A DNA stretch of 64,000 nt. Origin: an uncultured archaeon (GTDB lineage: Archaea > Thermoproteota > Nitrososphaeria > Nitrososphaerales > Gagatemarchaeaceae). Within the stretch, counting starts at the first letter, position 1; each line of letters opens with the position of its first letter. The position numbers and the translations under genes are program-made. The stretch lies in assembly GCA_963799775.1 (NCBI GenBank), contig CAWCYD010000003.1, forward strand, positions 1,280,001-1,344,000. The letters are read 5' to 3'. Shown here in pieces: positions 8,925-19,368 of this stretch. The notes under the pieces are model-generated. The model searched no databases. It saw only the letters and a list, made by a program, of their open reading frames with translations, and had not been told where the DNA came from.

Positions 8925-9068
8925 ATGACTCAAGCATATTGCGTGAAGGAGAAGACGAAGAGAGACATTTCCTCGCCCCGCGAAATCACAATGAAGAACG
9001 GACGACGCGCGATGCAGGGAACCTGCTCCTCCTGCGGCACGAAGCTTTTCAGAATCCTGGGCAACTAG
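8925..9068 (+). CDS. DUF5679 zinc-ribbon-like small basic protein
   Basis: AYCVKEK...MKNGRRAMQGTCSSCGTKLFRI. Confidence 0.85.
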   Translation: MTQAYCVKEKTKRDISSPREITMKNGRRAMQGTCSSCGTKLFRILGN

Positions 9069-9180
9069 GACTCCCAGCGACCCTTTCTGGGCCATTGGCG
9101 CCAGCTCCATCGGAGATACTGGCGCTGCGGGCCCGAATGGGACGCGTGGGCGCTTTTATCCTCATTCTCATTCTGTAGCC

Positions 9181-9532
9181 ATGTCACCGACGCTCGTCCT
9201 TGACGTGGTCTCGAACGGGAACACAGGCCTGGCGCAGCTAGCATCCGCATCCACAGCGGCCGTTAACTCGACGTCCACGGCGGGCATAATACCCGAGATT
9301 CAGAACTTCGCGAACTCAGTCGCGGCCAACGCCAGCCTGGTCACAGTGACGCTGGACAACGCCATCCTCGACATGGCAAAAGCGGCTGTCGTGCTCCTGA
9401 TAATCTCCGGGGTTCTCCTCTGGTTCTCTAGAATCGGCAGGAGATTGGGGAAGTGACCTCGTGGAGGGAGGGATCATAATCGCCGTTTTCATCGAGTTCG
9501 TGGTCCCCTTCCTGATGAGCATACGCTATTGA
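9181..9532 (+). CDS. VirB2/TrbC-pilin-like 2-TM protein (extra T at 9454)
   Basis: Removing T9454 joins LLIISGVLLWFSRIGRRLGK to DLVEGGIIIAVFIEFVVPFLMSIRY*. Confidence 0.5.
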
Positions 9533-9623
9533 CGGCCTCAGACCTGCTGTCCCGTTCGTCAAGGGTAAGCCCTGACAGAGGATTCAAAAAGGGGGAAGAG
9601 AGTTTGACGCTCGAACAAGCAGC

Positions 9624-10232
9624 ATGGTCGATTCCAAGGCGTGGATTGGTCCGCTCGTCGTCGTGGTGCTAATCCTCGCTGCGGGGTACCTGGTCGCCTA
9701 TCCGACCTTGGCCTCGCAATCGCAGACCCAGTCGCCCGCCGCCACCGTCGAACAAACGAACACCGTCACGGTCACAGCCACCGCGACAGGCGCTTCCCCC
9801 GCCGGCTCCAGTGGACAAGCGACCACCGTCACAGTAACCACGGCCCTCTCTTCGTCCCTCGCCTACACGGTGAACCTGGCCTACAAGGCGGGCATCGGCT
9901 TCTATCTGGTGGACTCGTCAGGCCTTACCCTGTACTTCAGGGCGACCGACCCGGGAAACGGGACGAGCACTTGCACAGGGGGGTGCATCACCTTCTGGCC
10001 GGTCTTCTATGCTGGGCCCGGGCCCATCGTCCTTCCTCCCAACCTCAGCGCAAGCAGCTTCGGGAACGTCACGCGCCCGGATGGGAAGCTGCAGACGAGC
10101 TTCGACGGATACCCCCTCTACTACTTCCCTACCGACAAAGCGCCTGGGCAGACAACCGGGGAGGGGAAGAGCAACTTCTACGCCTGCTGCACTATCCCGG
10201 GCACGACCTCAAGCAGCACCACCTCTGGCTGA
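9624..10232 (+). CDS. Membrane-anchored protein with Lipoprotein_15 (COG4315-type) repeats
   Basis: GLTLYF..D..G.STCTGGC..FWP and TRPDG.LQ..FDGYPLYYF..D..PG..TGEG. Confidence 0.85.
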   Translation: MVDSKAWIGPLVVVVLILAAGYLVAYPTLASQSQTQSPAATVEQTNTVTVTATATGASPAGSSGQATTVTVTTALSSSLAYTVNLAYKAGIGFYLVDSSGLTLYFRATDPGNGTSTCTGGCITFWPVFYAGPGPIVLPPNLSASSFGNVTRPDGKLQTSFDGYPLYYFPTDKAPGQTTGEGKSNFYACCTIPGTTSSSTTSG

Positions 10233-10250
10233 GGAAGCAGGGGGCGACAA

Positions 10251-10841
10251 TTGACCGTCGATGAAAGAAGGATGACCGAGAGAGTCATCTCGTCCAAGGT
10301 GATCTACAAGGGAAGGGTCGTCAAGCTCCGAAAGGATGTCGTCAAGTTGCCGGACGGGAGGCGGGGCACGCGAGAGATAATGGAGCACCGGGGGTCTGTC
10401 GCGATAGTCCCGATTCTCGACGACGGGAGCATCGTGCTCATCAGGCAGTTCCGGCTGGCGACAGGTGGCGTGATCTGGGAGGTCCCCGCGGGCGGGATGG
10501 AGCGCGGGGAAGACCCCGAGACGTCTGCGAGGAGGGAGCTCGAGGAGGAGACCGGGTACCGCGCCGGGAAGATGGAGCTGCTCTTCGAGGCCTACCTTGC
10601 GCCTGGCTACAGCATGGAGCTCATGCACTTCTTCCTGGCCAGCTCGTTGAGGAAAGGAGAACAGCGGACCGATGAGGAAGAGGTCATCGAAGTCCGACGT
10701 TTGAAGCCAGCCGCCGTCGTCCGCATGGTAAAGTCGAACCAGATAAGGGACGCCAAGAGCATCGCTGCGCTCGCATATCTGCAAGCCTCGGGGAAGCTGG
10801 GCGCATCCGGCGGCGGAAGGCCAGCGACCCGCCGATCGTAG
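10251..10841 (+). CDS. NUDIX hydrolase, ADP-ribose pyrophosphatase type
   Basis: Nudix box GGMERGEDPETSARRELEEETGY; IRQFR and YLAPG motifs. Confidence 0.93.
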   Translation: MTVDERRMTERVISSKVIYKGRVVKLRKDVVKLPDGRRGTREIMEHRGSVAIVPILDDGSIVLIRQFRLATGGVIWEVPAGGMERGEDPETSARRELEEETGYRAGKMELLFEAYLAPGYSMELMHFFLASSLRKGEQRTDEEEVIEVRRLKPAAVVRMVKSNQIRDAKSIAALAYLQASGKLGASGGGRPATRRS

Positions 10842-10971
10842 ACGACAGTTTCAGCATTCTTATTAGCCACTTTCGGAAAATCGCTCACGCTTGATGCGAC
10901 CCTCGTGTTGCCAGGGTCATCGTCTCAAAGCCCTGAATCCAGAATGAATCTCGTGAAGTGAGCCGCCCTCG

Positions 10972-13900
10972 ATGATTGGAAAGTTGGAAAGTCTGCGCCT
11001 GCCCGGTCCGTCGACCCGGCGAAGGAAGCGGGGTGCCGGAAGGGCGATCCTAGGCCTCTCGTTCATCGCCATCCTCCTCGTCTCCTCGATTGGAAACGCC
11101 GCGTTTTCGGTCTTGAAAGCGGCCCCGCAGACCCAAGGTCGGGAGCCTCTTGCGACCGCGGCGGTCCCAAGGATCATCAACACGCAGGGCCTCCACGGCC
11201 CCGTGAACCCGTTCATCGACATCTACTCTGGATATTCGCAAGAGCCGGCGCCGATGGGGATCGCCGACTACGGAATCGGGCCGAGCGGGGCATATCAATA
11301 CTCGACCAACTCGTCGTTGGGCACAGTCGACCTCGTGACCCTCTCCGCCAAGAACTCCACGGGCTACCCCTGGATCTCGATCCAACTGAACGTGAATCTG
11401 CAGTTCACCAACGGAGGAAGAACATCGGTCTACTGGGTGCAGGACGTGGCCTACCTTGACACCTTCAACAACTCGGTCTTCTTCATCGACAACGTATGGA
11501 ACTCGTCGACCCGCGGAGCGGGGATGAGAGGCGGCATCCAGGGCAACGGGGTCGTCGCCCGCTCCGGGATCCAGACATACTACTATGACGTCGCCGATGC
11601 CTCGCTCTCTGGCAACGGCGTCGAGCTCGTCTACCCGTCCCTCGTGCAGCTCCGAGTAAACTCGACTGTCAACGCAGCCAAGCAGCCCATTGTGACCTTC
11701 GAGTACAACGATGGCTTTGGCTGGGAGGAGTACGACTCGGTCGATTTCGCGTTCGTCCGCCAGCTGACGTCGATGAGCGGGTTCGTGGTCAACGGGTTCA
11801 GCTACAGCCCTGTCAACTACTACGACTCCGAGCTCATCCTGGGCGGACCTGGAGGCGGCGCGTCGACGGCGGACCTGGGTTCGGACGTCAGCCTTCAGCT
11901 GGAATACTGGAACGGCCACAACTACCAAGTGATCACAAACGCCTACGACTTTGGAAGCGACACTGGAGAGACGATCTCGAATGTGCTCGCTCAGAAGGGG
12001 TACAACCAGGTCAACGGAGGCGTGGAGGCCCAGATCCAGAGCGCAGCGGGTTCAGTCGGGAAGATCTGGGACCAATCAGCCGTCAGCATACTGGACCTGA
12101 AGACCTCGATCGCCTCGGGGTCCTCGCCGTCACCAACTCGTCCAGCGCGGCAGGGACGTCCGGGCAATATCCGTTCACGAACGGCGAGGTCACCGTCACT
12201 CTGCAGCCCGGGTCTATGAGCTCCAGGTCTACTCGGGCACGACGATAACCACCGAGGGAAAGTACTCCCTGACGGCGGGTCAGCTCCTGCAGCTCCGGAC
12301 CCCTCTTGGAATCATCCCCTTCACCTTGAGCTTCTCGGTGGTCGGAGGGGGCTCCGGCTACTCTCCCCCGACTCTCACGTACGTCAGCAGCGGCGCGACA
12401 TTCATGTCCCCTCTTGGGAGCGCGGCGACGGTCTATCAGCTGGACTCGGGGACCACGTGGTCGGTCTCCTCGCAGCTTCCAGGTTCGACGGGGACACAGA
12501 GGTGGATGACGGCGCAAGCCACCACGGGGGCCGCGTCGTCAGGCCTTTCCGAGGTCATGACCTACTACCACCAGTTCCTCGAGACCGGCTCATACTCGGT
12601 CAGTGGAGGAGGCACCGGATACTCTGCGCCCTCCGTCTCGGTTACGCAGTTCGGACAAAAGGCATCCCTCCTCTTGGGGACCACGACGTCCTCCTTCTGG
12701 CTGGACAGCGGGAGCCAGTATTCGGCGGCCGCCACTCTGCCCGGGTCCAGCGGCGTTGAGCGATGGTTCGCATCTGTGCCTACAGGGACGGTCACCGGCC
12801 CTGGCTCGCTCCTGTTCAACTATGCCAACCAATTCTATCTCGGAGTCTCTGGAGGCGCTGCGCTTTCCCAGTGGTACGGCGTCGGGGCCCTGGCCAAGGT
12901 GAGCCAGCCGATCGCTTACGGCCGGTCGTCGGGCACGGGACAGAGGGTGTCATCCTATTCGGTGGACGGTGGGCCTCAGACGACGGTCCCACCGGGCCAG
13001 GGGAACTTCACAGTGTCGGTCACGATGAACGCCCCCCACACAATCACCTTCGTCTCGGTCGCGCAGTATCAAGTGGCCCTCGACAGCGTCTCCTCCCAGG
13101 GGCTCGCTTCGATCACACCGCCCACGATAAGCGGAGACCCCTACTGGTATGACTCCGGCTCGAAGGTGAGCGTCTCGATAAACGGCACTTGGGGCAGGTC
13201 TGGGGGGCAAGGCACTCGACTCGTATCCTACTCGATCAATGGAGGGACACAGGTCCAGGTGCAGTCGAAGGGGCCGGTCTCAGTCCTCTCCGTCCCAGCA
13301 ATCTCGGCGCCAGAGTCGATAACGGCCAGGTCGATCACCCAGTATCTTCTTGACACCAGCGGCGGCTCCGTCGCCTCGATCACCCCCACCGCCCTGACCT
13401 CCGACCCAGGGTGGTACGACGTCGGGACGACGGTGAACGTGCTCTACAACTATTCCTGGAACGAGACGTCAGGACAGGGCAGGCTCAACGCAGTGTCGTA
13501 CGCGATAGACTCGGCGCCTCCGACGCCCCTTCCAAGGCAGGGAGGCGGCACCTTCAGCGTGGGATTGTCGATGGACGCGCCCCATCAGATCGCAGTGGGG
13601 CCGGTGAGGCAGTACCTGCTCGCCTATTCCGGAGGCTTCGGAGTGACCCTGTTCCCCCAATCCCAGACGGGGGACGGCTTCTACGACGCAAGTTCGAGCG
13701 TCACGTTGACGAGCGACTACTCGACGGACATCGTCCCCGGGCAGGAGAGACAGGTGCTGACCGGATACACGCTCGACTCTACCGACGTGACGATAGGTCC
13801 CAACACGACGGGCACTTTCACCACACCTCCGATCGTCATGGACTCATACCACACCCTAACCTTCCATTCTGGGATCCAAGACCTCGTGAAGTTCTCCTTC

Positions 13901-14458
13901 ACCGACGGGACGGGATCGGATGTCATCACCCCTAGCTCCTTCGCGATCCAGGTGAATAACACGCTCGAGAATCAGAGCACGTCCAGCCCCGAGCTGTGGA
14001 TCGACAACGGGACGAGCTTCACGGTCGCGGGGGTCACCTGGGAGGGGGTCGACGTAAAGCCTCTCAGCGTGACCGTCTACTCGGTGACCGGCCCCGCCAA
14101 CGTCGCAATCAAGGCCAGAGCGTATCCCGCCAATGTCAAAGTCGTCGACCTGTTCGGTCTGGCTATCGCGGGAGCCCAAGTATCGGCGAGGTTTGCAAAC
14201 GGGACCGCGGCGACCAGGCCCACCAACTCAAGTGGCTTGGTCGGCTTTGGTCTCGTCCCGATAGGGACGTATCAGGCTACGGTCTCGAGCTTCGGGTTGA
14301 CCGGTTCGAGCTCTTTGGACGCATCGACGAGCCCTACGGCGACTTTGAGGGCTCCCCTGAGCACGCCTGTGGTCGCCACCCTGTCCGTCCTGGTCGCGGC
14401 GGTCCTGATCGCCCTTCTAGTGGTCAGACGACGCGGTCGAGTGCGAACCGCCACGTAA
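10972..14458 (+). CDS. Thermopsin (peptidase A5) with C-terminal beta-repeat stalk and TM anchor (frameshift ~12120)
   Basis: PAPMGIADYG, SIQLNV, YWVQDV, FIDNVWN, DSELILGGPGGG and DFGSDTGE motifs; TM plus RRRGR at the end. Confidence 0.9.
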
Positions 14459-14550
14459 AGCGATCTAGCCCAACGCAAGTTTGTGTCATCGGCAGGTCTG
14501 CGTCCGGTTCTTATACGACGACTCGTCTCTGACGTCTGCTCTGACCGAAC

Positions 14551-15381
14551 ATGGCAAGTTCGTCCTCCCATGGCTCGCCCAGGCCGACCGCCATCCTTCC
14601 TGACGACCTGGAGATCAGCAAGCCGGTCTTCCTAAAGTCCTACGAGGCGGCGGTAAGCTCTCGCAGGAAGAGACTCCGGGCCCTTGTGAAGAGCCCGGAC
14701 GAAGAGGCGGTTCACGACGCGCGCACCGCGGTCAGGCGGCTCGAGGCGCACATCGAGGTGCTCCCCGGTAAGGTTCGGAGAAGCGCGAAGATGGCCGAGC
14801 TGCAGAAGAGAGACGACAGGGTGATGAGACTGACCGCTGAGGTCAGGGATCTGGACGTCATCGTGGAGGAGGTGGTGAGGCAGGACGCCGCGGCGAAAGA
14901 ACGGCTGCTGTCGAGGATTGACGAGGACAGGATGGAGGCCTGGGAAAGAGCGGCGGCTGCGATGGCCGCTGGCCTGAAGGCAAGACCACCAAGCATTGAC
15001 CCAGAGGATCTCTCACAGGCACGGCTGCAAGAGAGATTCGAGAAGGTCGCCCGAAGGCTGGCCCGCGAGATCGAGAAACTGATGCCCTTGGTCGTGGCAG
15101 ACCCCGATGAACATGAACGGCTGCATAAACTCAGGATAAAGTGCAAAAAGCTCCGGTACGTGCTCGAGTTGGCGCTGGTCGAGAACTCTCCTCTGGTGGC
15201 AAGGCTCTCTCGGTGGCAGACCGCGCTTGGCGAAGTCCACGATTGGGACATGACCCTGTCGTATCTTAACTCTCTCGATCCTCCGCCCGAGAGGGACCTT
15301 CTTTTGAGAGGAGAGAAGAGGCGCGAGAGGCAGTTCCGCGCGTTCGCGAGGTCCACCCGGGCTCAGGGAGCGGCTGGCTGA
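14551..15381 (+). CDS. CHAD domain (polyphosphate-binding) protein
   Basis: VHDARTAVRRL, VRDLDV, LHKLRIKCKKLRY, QTALGEVHD. Confidence 0.92.
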   Translation: MASSSSHGSPRPTAILPDDLEISKPVFLKSYEAAVSSRRKRLRALVKSPDEEAVHDARTAVRRLEAHIEVLPGKVRRSAKMAELQKRDDRVMRLTAEVRDLDVIVEEVVRQDAAAKERLLSRIDEDRMEAWERAAAAMAAGLKARPPSIDPEDLSQARLQERFEKVARRLAREIEKLMPLVVADPDEHERLHKLRIKCKKLRYVLELALVENSPLVARLSRWQTALGEVHDWDMTLSYLNSLDPPPERDLLLRGEKRRERQFRAFARSTRAQGAAG

Positions 15382-15447
15382 CCTTTCCTCGCTTCATGCA
15401 CACGCGGTCGTCCTCCGCTTTAATACTCCGGTCGCCCGAACTCCCAC

Positions 15448-15627
15448 GTGGCAAAGAAGCGCAGCAACCGGAACTCCATCACGATCACGCTCGTCAGCAT
15501 CGCCATAGGGCTTGTCGCCCTGATACTGAATCGCTCCCTCTTCGACCTTTTCTTCGTGCCGATAGTCATAGGGGTGCTGTGGAGGGACGCCGACAGGATA
15601 GGGGCACCTGCAAAAGCGGCTCTCTGA
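15448..15627 (+). CDS. Small membrane protein (59 aa)
   Basis: GTG start ~25 nt after TTTAAT; MAKKRSNRNSITITLVSIAIGLVALIL... Confidence 0.5.
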   Translation: MAKKRSNRNSITITLVSIAIGLVALILNRSLFDLFFVPIVIGVLWRDADRIGAPAKAAL

Positions 15628-15741
15628 GATGGAGGCCAAGGCACCGAAAGACCAACCCCAAAGCTCGTCCTGAGCCGCAAACGAATCTTAGATAAGATTC
15701 GAGGGTTCGTGCCTTAATCGACTGCGCAACGGGAGGAGGAG

Positions 15742-16041
15742 GTGGCTCTGCCCCAAATGATATTCCTCGACGTCCTGGTGAACCTCGTCCACTGGTTCCC
15801 AAGCGCTCGGCTCCTCTTACAAGAGGACATCCTCACCGGCTTCGCTGACCTCTTCGGCGGCGTGGTCCTCCTGATCATAGGGGTGCTCGTCATCGTCTTG
15901 ATCGTGGCCGCCGCGATAGTGTTGCTGCCTGCCATAGTCCTGGCATTTCTGGTTTGGTTGGTGACGGGGAGTTTCTTCTACGCCGGGATAGTCTTCCTTC
16001 TGGTCGCTCTGATCAGCATCGTGGCGTATGCCGGCGACTAG
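15742..16041 (+). CDS. Small hydrophobic membrane protein
   Basis: Very hydrophobic C-terminal ~60 aa; GGAGG upstream. Confidence 0.6.
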   Translation: MALPQMIFLDVLVNLVHWFPSARLLLQEDILTGFADLFGGVVLLIIGVLVIVLIVAAAIVLLPAIVLAFLVWLVTGSFFYAGIVFLLVALISIVAYAGD

Positions 16042-16125
16042 ATCTCCTTACGTGACCTCGGAGATGAGCGGCAAGAGGACATGATGTTTAATTAGAAACC
16101 TCGGACTCTGCGGTCTGAAGGCTTC

Positions 16126-17539
16126 TTGGCGAAGCGGGCGGCTACGACTCCCTGGGTCTCGGATGACATGCTCACACTCAGCGAGGCCGCCGCTCTCGTA
16201 GGCAAGACGACCAGCAACATCTCGTATCTGATCCAGTACGAGCGGTTGAGGCGATACGACCCTCGGGGCAAGCCCGTCAGAAGGGCGAAGAACGGGGCAC
16301 TGAGAGTCTCGAAGAAGGAGCTCCTGGGGTACGCCGAGGGCTGGAACCGGAGAGTCGAGTCCCGGATGCAGGAGCTGAGGATAAGCGACAGGTCGATCGC
16401 ATTCCTTGACGTCCCTGAGAGGGACAGGACAAAGCACGTCCACAGGCTTCATCCCTATCTGGGGAAATTCATCCCGCAGCTCGTGGGCCACTTCCTATCA
16501 GGATACTTCAAGCCTGGAGATTTGGTGCTGGATCCGTTCGCCGGTAGCGGGACCACGTTGGTCGAAGCGAGCGAGAGGGGTATCAGCTCCCTCGGGATTG
16601 AGGTCTCCAAGTTCAACGTCATGATCTCCAGGGTGAAGCTCGCCAGGTACGACGTTCGCCTGGTAGAGGAGGAGACGAGGGACATCCTGAGAAGGACGGC
16701 GGAGTTCAGCGCCAAGGAATTCCGTGACGACAGAGGGGCAGAGATGGATGAGCATCCAAGCGGGCTGGGCGGGTACTTGGAGACCTGGTTCGCCCCGCGG
16801 AGCCTCCGGGAGATGCGCTTCTATCGGGCACCTCATACCAGAATACCAGAACCAAGAACTTCTGAAGGTGCTGCTAAGCAGGACGGCGCGGTCCTGCAGG
16901 CTCGTCCATCACTATGACCTCGCGACGCCGACCTCGCCCGTGAGAGGCCCATATGTCTGCCACAAGCATATGGGGAAGGTCTGTTCGCCGGTTACGACGA
17001 TCCTTCCCAGGCTGAAATTCTACACCTCGGACACCGTGAGGAGGATCGCAGAGTTCGATTCTTTGAGAAAGCAGGCCGAGGCTCTGGTGATCGAGGGCGA
17101 CGCCAGGACCATCAAACTGCAACGGGAGATGTCGGCCTCCAACGAGTTCGCGACGGAGAAGGTCTCAGGCGTCATCACCTCTCCCCCTTATGTCGGGCAG
17201 ATAGACTACCACGAGCAGCACAGGTACGCGTACGAGCTTCTAGGCATCGACAGGCGTGACGAGCTCGAGATAGGGCCGAAGACGAAGGGGAAGGGTGCGC
17301 TCGCTCAGAGGGAATACGTGAAGAGCATCGTGAAGGTGCTCGAGAACATCTCGCCCGCCATGGCTCCCCGGGCATCGATACTCTTGGTGGCGAACGACAA
17401 GTTGGGTCTCTATCCTGGCATATTCGAAGACGTAGGGATGCGGGTCGAAGTGACCTTCGAGAGACCTGTCGAAGACAGGACTGAGCGGGACAAGAGGCCG
17501 TACTCAGAGACCGTGTTCTTGGCGCGCATCGTGAGATGA
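16126..17539 (+). CDS. Orphan amino-DNA methyltransferase (m4C-type, alpha motif order) with N-terminal HTH (frameshift ~16830)
   Basis: HPYLGKFIPQL, DPFAGSGTT (motif I) precedes TSPPY (motif IV); N-terminal LTLSEAAALVGKTTSNISYL HTH. Confidence 0.88.
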
Positions 17540-17573
17540 CCACGAGGGCGCAGATGGTGCAGTGAGCCCGGGC

Positions 17574-17987
17574 TCAATCTTCGGATTTCTCGATTCTCTT
17601 CGTCACAACCTTGCCTAGGGTCTCTGCCTCCCGCTTCAGCTCTTGCGCATCCCTCTCTGCCTTCTCGATGCCTTCCCTCCAAAGTTGTGAGACGATCGGC
17701 GCCAGCGTCAGCACGAGCGCAGTGATGACCGAGCCGACGGAGACGAAGGCCATGATGGAGGCAAAGAGCTTTCCCGCATCGGTCACCAGCTGAATCGGCG
17801 GTCCTTGCCCCGTCGCCAGCATGCTCTCAAAGTAGATCGCGTTCACCCAGTTCATCCCTTCGATCTCGTGGAAACCGATTGTCCCGACCACCATCACCAC
17901 GGCTATCCCTGAGACAGCGTAGAAGACCCTCCTCTTCGCGCTGAGGGACAATGAGGGGGCCTGTTGTTGGGCTGCCGCCGAGTCCAC
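17574..17987 (-). CDS. KcsA-like 2-TM channel protein with atypical filter
   Basis: GTIGFH.IEGMNWVNAIYF..MLATGQG...T.AGKLF. Confidence 0.75.
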   Translation of the reverse strand: MDSAAAQQQAPSLSLSAKRRVFYAVSGIAVVMVVGTIGFHEIEGMNWVNAIYFESMLATGQGPPIQLVTDAGKLFASIMAFVSVGSVITALVLTLAPIVSQLWREGIEKAERDAQELKREAETLGKVVTKRIEKSED

Positions 17988-18067
17988 GCTTCCTGGGTCG
18001 GCGGGGCTTTACTAATGTCTAACTGGAACTCGCCACCACAACCCTAAACTAAGAGCCAGGCCCCGAA

Positions 18068-18584
18068 ATGAGGACGGCCTTGGACACGTTCGATGCGATC
18101 TCGACAAAAATGGAGGTCCGTGAGTTCATCTCAAAGAAAGTCCCAGATGAGACGAAGAGGAAGATCCTGGAGGCTGCGAGGCTGACCGGTGTCCTCGATG
18201 AACACGCAGCACTGGCGGTTCATCCTGGTCCAGGACCGCTCCAACCTGAAGAGGCTCGCCTCGGACAGCACCTCAGGCAAGTGGGTCGAGGGGGCTGACT
18301 TCGCCATAATCGTCCTGATAGACCCCAAGGTACCCGGGAGCAACATCGACACCGGGAGGGTGGTCCAGGACATGGAGCTCGCAGCCTGGAACTTCGGCGC
18401 AGGTTCAGGGATCTTCACGGGGATCGTCGAGGGCGACCTGAGGAGGGACTATGGGGTCCCAGACTCGCTAAAGCCGGCGGCTGTGCTCGGGTTCGGTTAC
18501 GCAAAGAAGAAGCTGTTGGGGAAGAAGAAGAGGAAGCCTCTCGAGGAGCTCGTCTTCGTGGAGCGATACGGCGAGAAGATCTAG
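18068..18584 (+). CDS. Nitroreductase family protein (frameshift ~18190)
   Basis: ILEAARL, SSMNTQHWRFILV, DMELAAW..G.GS, LGFGY. Confidence 0.88.
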
Positions 18585-18649
18585 GTCGCCGGCCTCCCCT
18601 GAAGAGAGAATAGAAAAGCGGAAAAGGAGGCGTCGAGCACGACAGTGAC

Positions 18650-18992
18650 ATGTTCTCAAAAGAATTCAGCGTCGCGGTAGTAGTCTCAGACCCCAAAAAA
18701 TCCGCGTCGTGGTACGCGGAGAAGCTAGGGTTCGAGACTTCTGAAGAAGGTCACTGGGTCACCGCCTGGCAAAAGGGCGCGAACTGGAAGCTCCATCTCT
18801 GTGAGGGAGAGCTGGAACCCGGAAACACAGGCATATGCATCTACAGCGACGACGTGAAGGGCACGGTCGCGGACCTGAAGAAGAAGGGAGTGAAATTTGC
18901 GCAGGACTACACGAAGACCAAGTGGGGAGAGACAGCGCAGTTCAAGGGCACCGGATGGGAACATCATCTGGATCTCGGCCGGAGGCCCGTAG
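18650..18992 (+). CDS. VOC/glyoxalase family protein (frameshift ~18948)
   Basis: VAVVVSD...WY.EKLGF; WGETAQF then DGNIIWI in the shifted frame. Confidence 0.82.
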
Positions 18993-19070
18993 ACCGCTTC
19001 ATCAGTCTGTCTGCAAGACATCATTGGCGCTTAATACATCACCGAGCGATTCAGAAGTGTCGCGATCACC

Positions 19071-19343
19071 GTGTCGCCAGCCGCCCCGGTCCTGGATTGG
19101 ATGTTGGTGGTGAGCATCCTTGCATTCTTTGCGATGGGTGTCGACAAGCTTCTGGCAGTCGGAGGCCTGCGTAGGATAAGCGAACGGACACTCTGGTTAG
19201 CCGCGCTCGTCGGAGGCTTCGTCGGTGTGTTTCTGGGAGGCTACGTCTTCCATCACAAGACATCAAAGACGGAGTTCTGGCCGCCGGTGCTAGTCTCTGC
19301 GATCATCTGGGTCGCAGCATTCGCTTTGATCTTTCACCTGTAG
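19071..19343 (+). CDS. DUF1294 membrane protein
   Basis: MGVDK..A....RISERTL..AL.GG..G...G..F.HKTSK. Confidence 0.9.
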   Translation: MSPAAPVLDWMLVVSILAFFAMGVDKLLAVGGLRRISERTLWLAALVGGFVGVFLGGYVFHHKTSKTEFWPPVLVSAIIWVAAFALIFHL

Positions 19344-19368
19344 CGACTCCAAGTCCATCGGCGAACCT

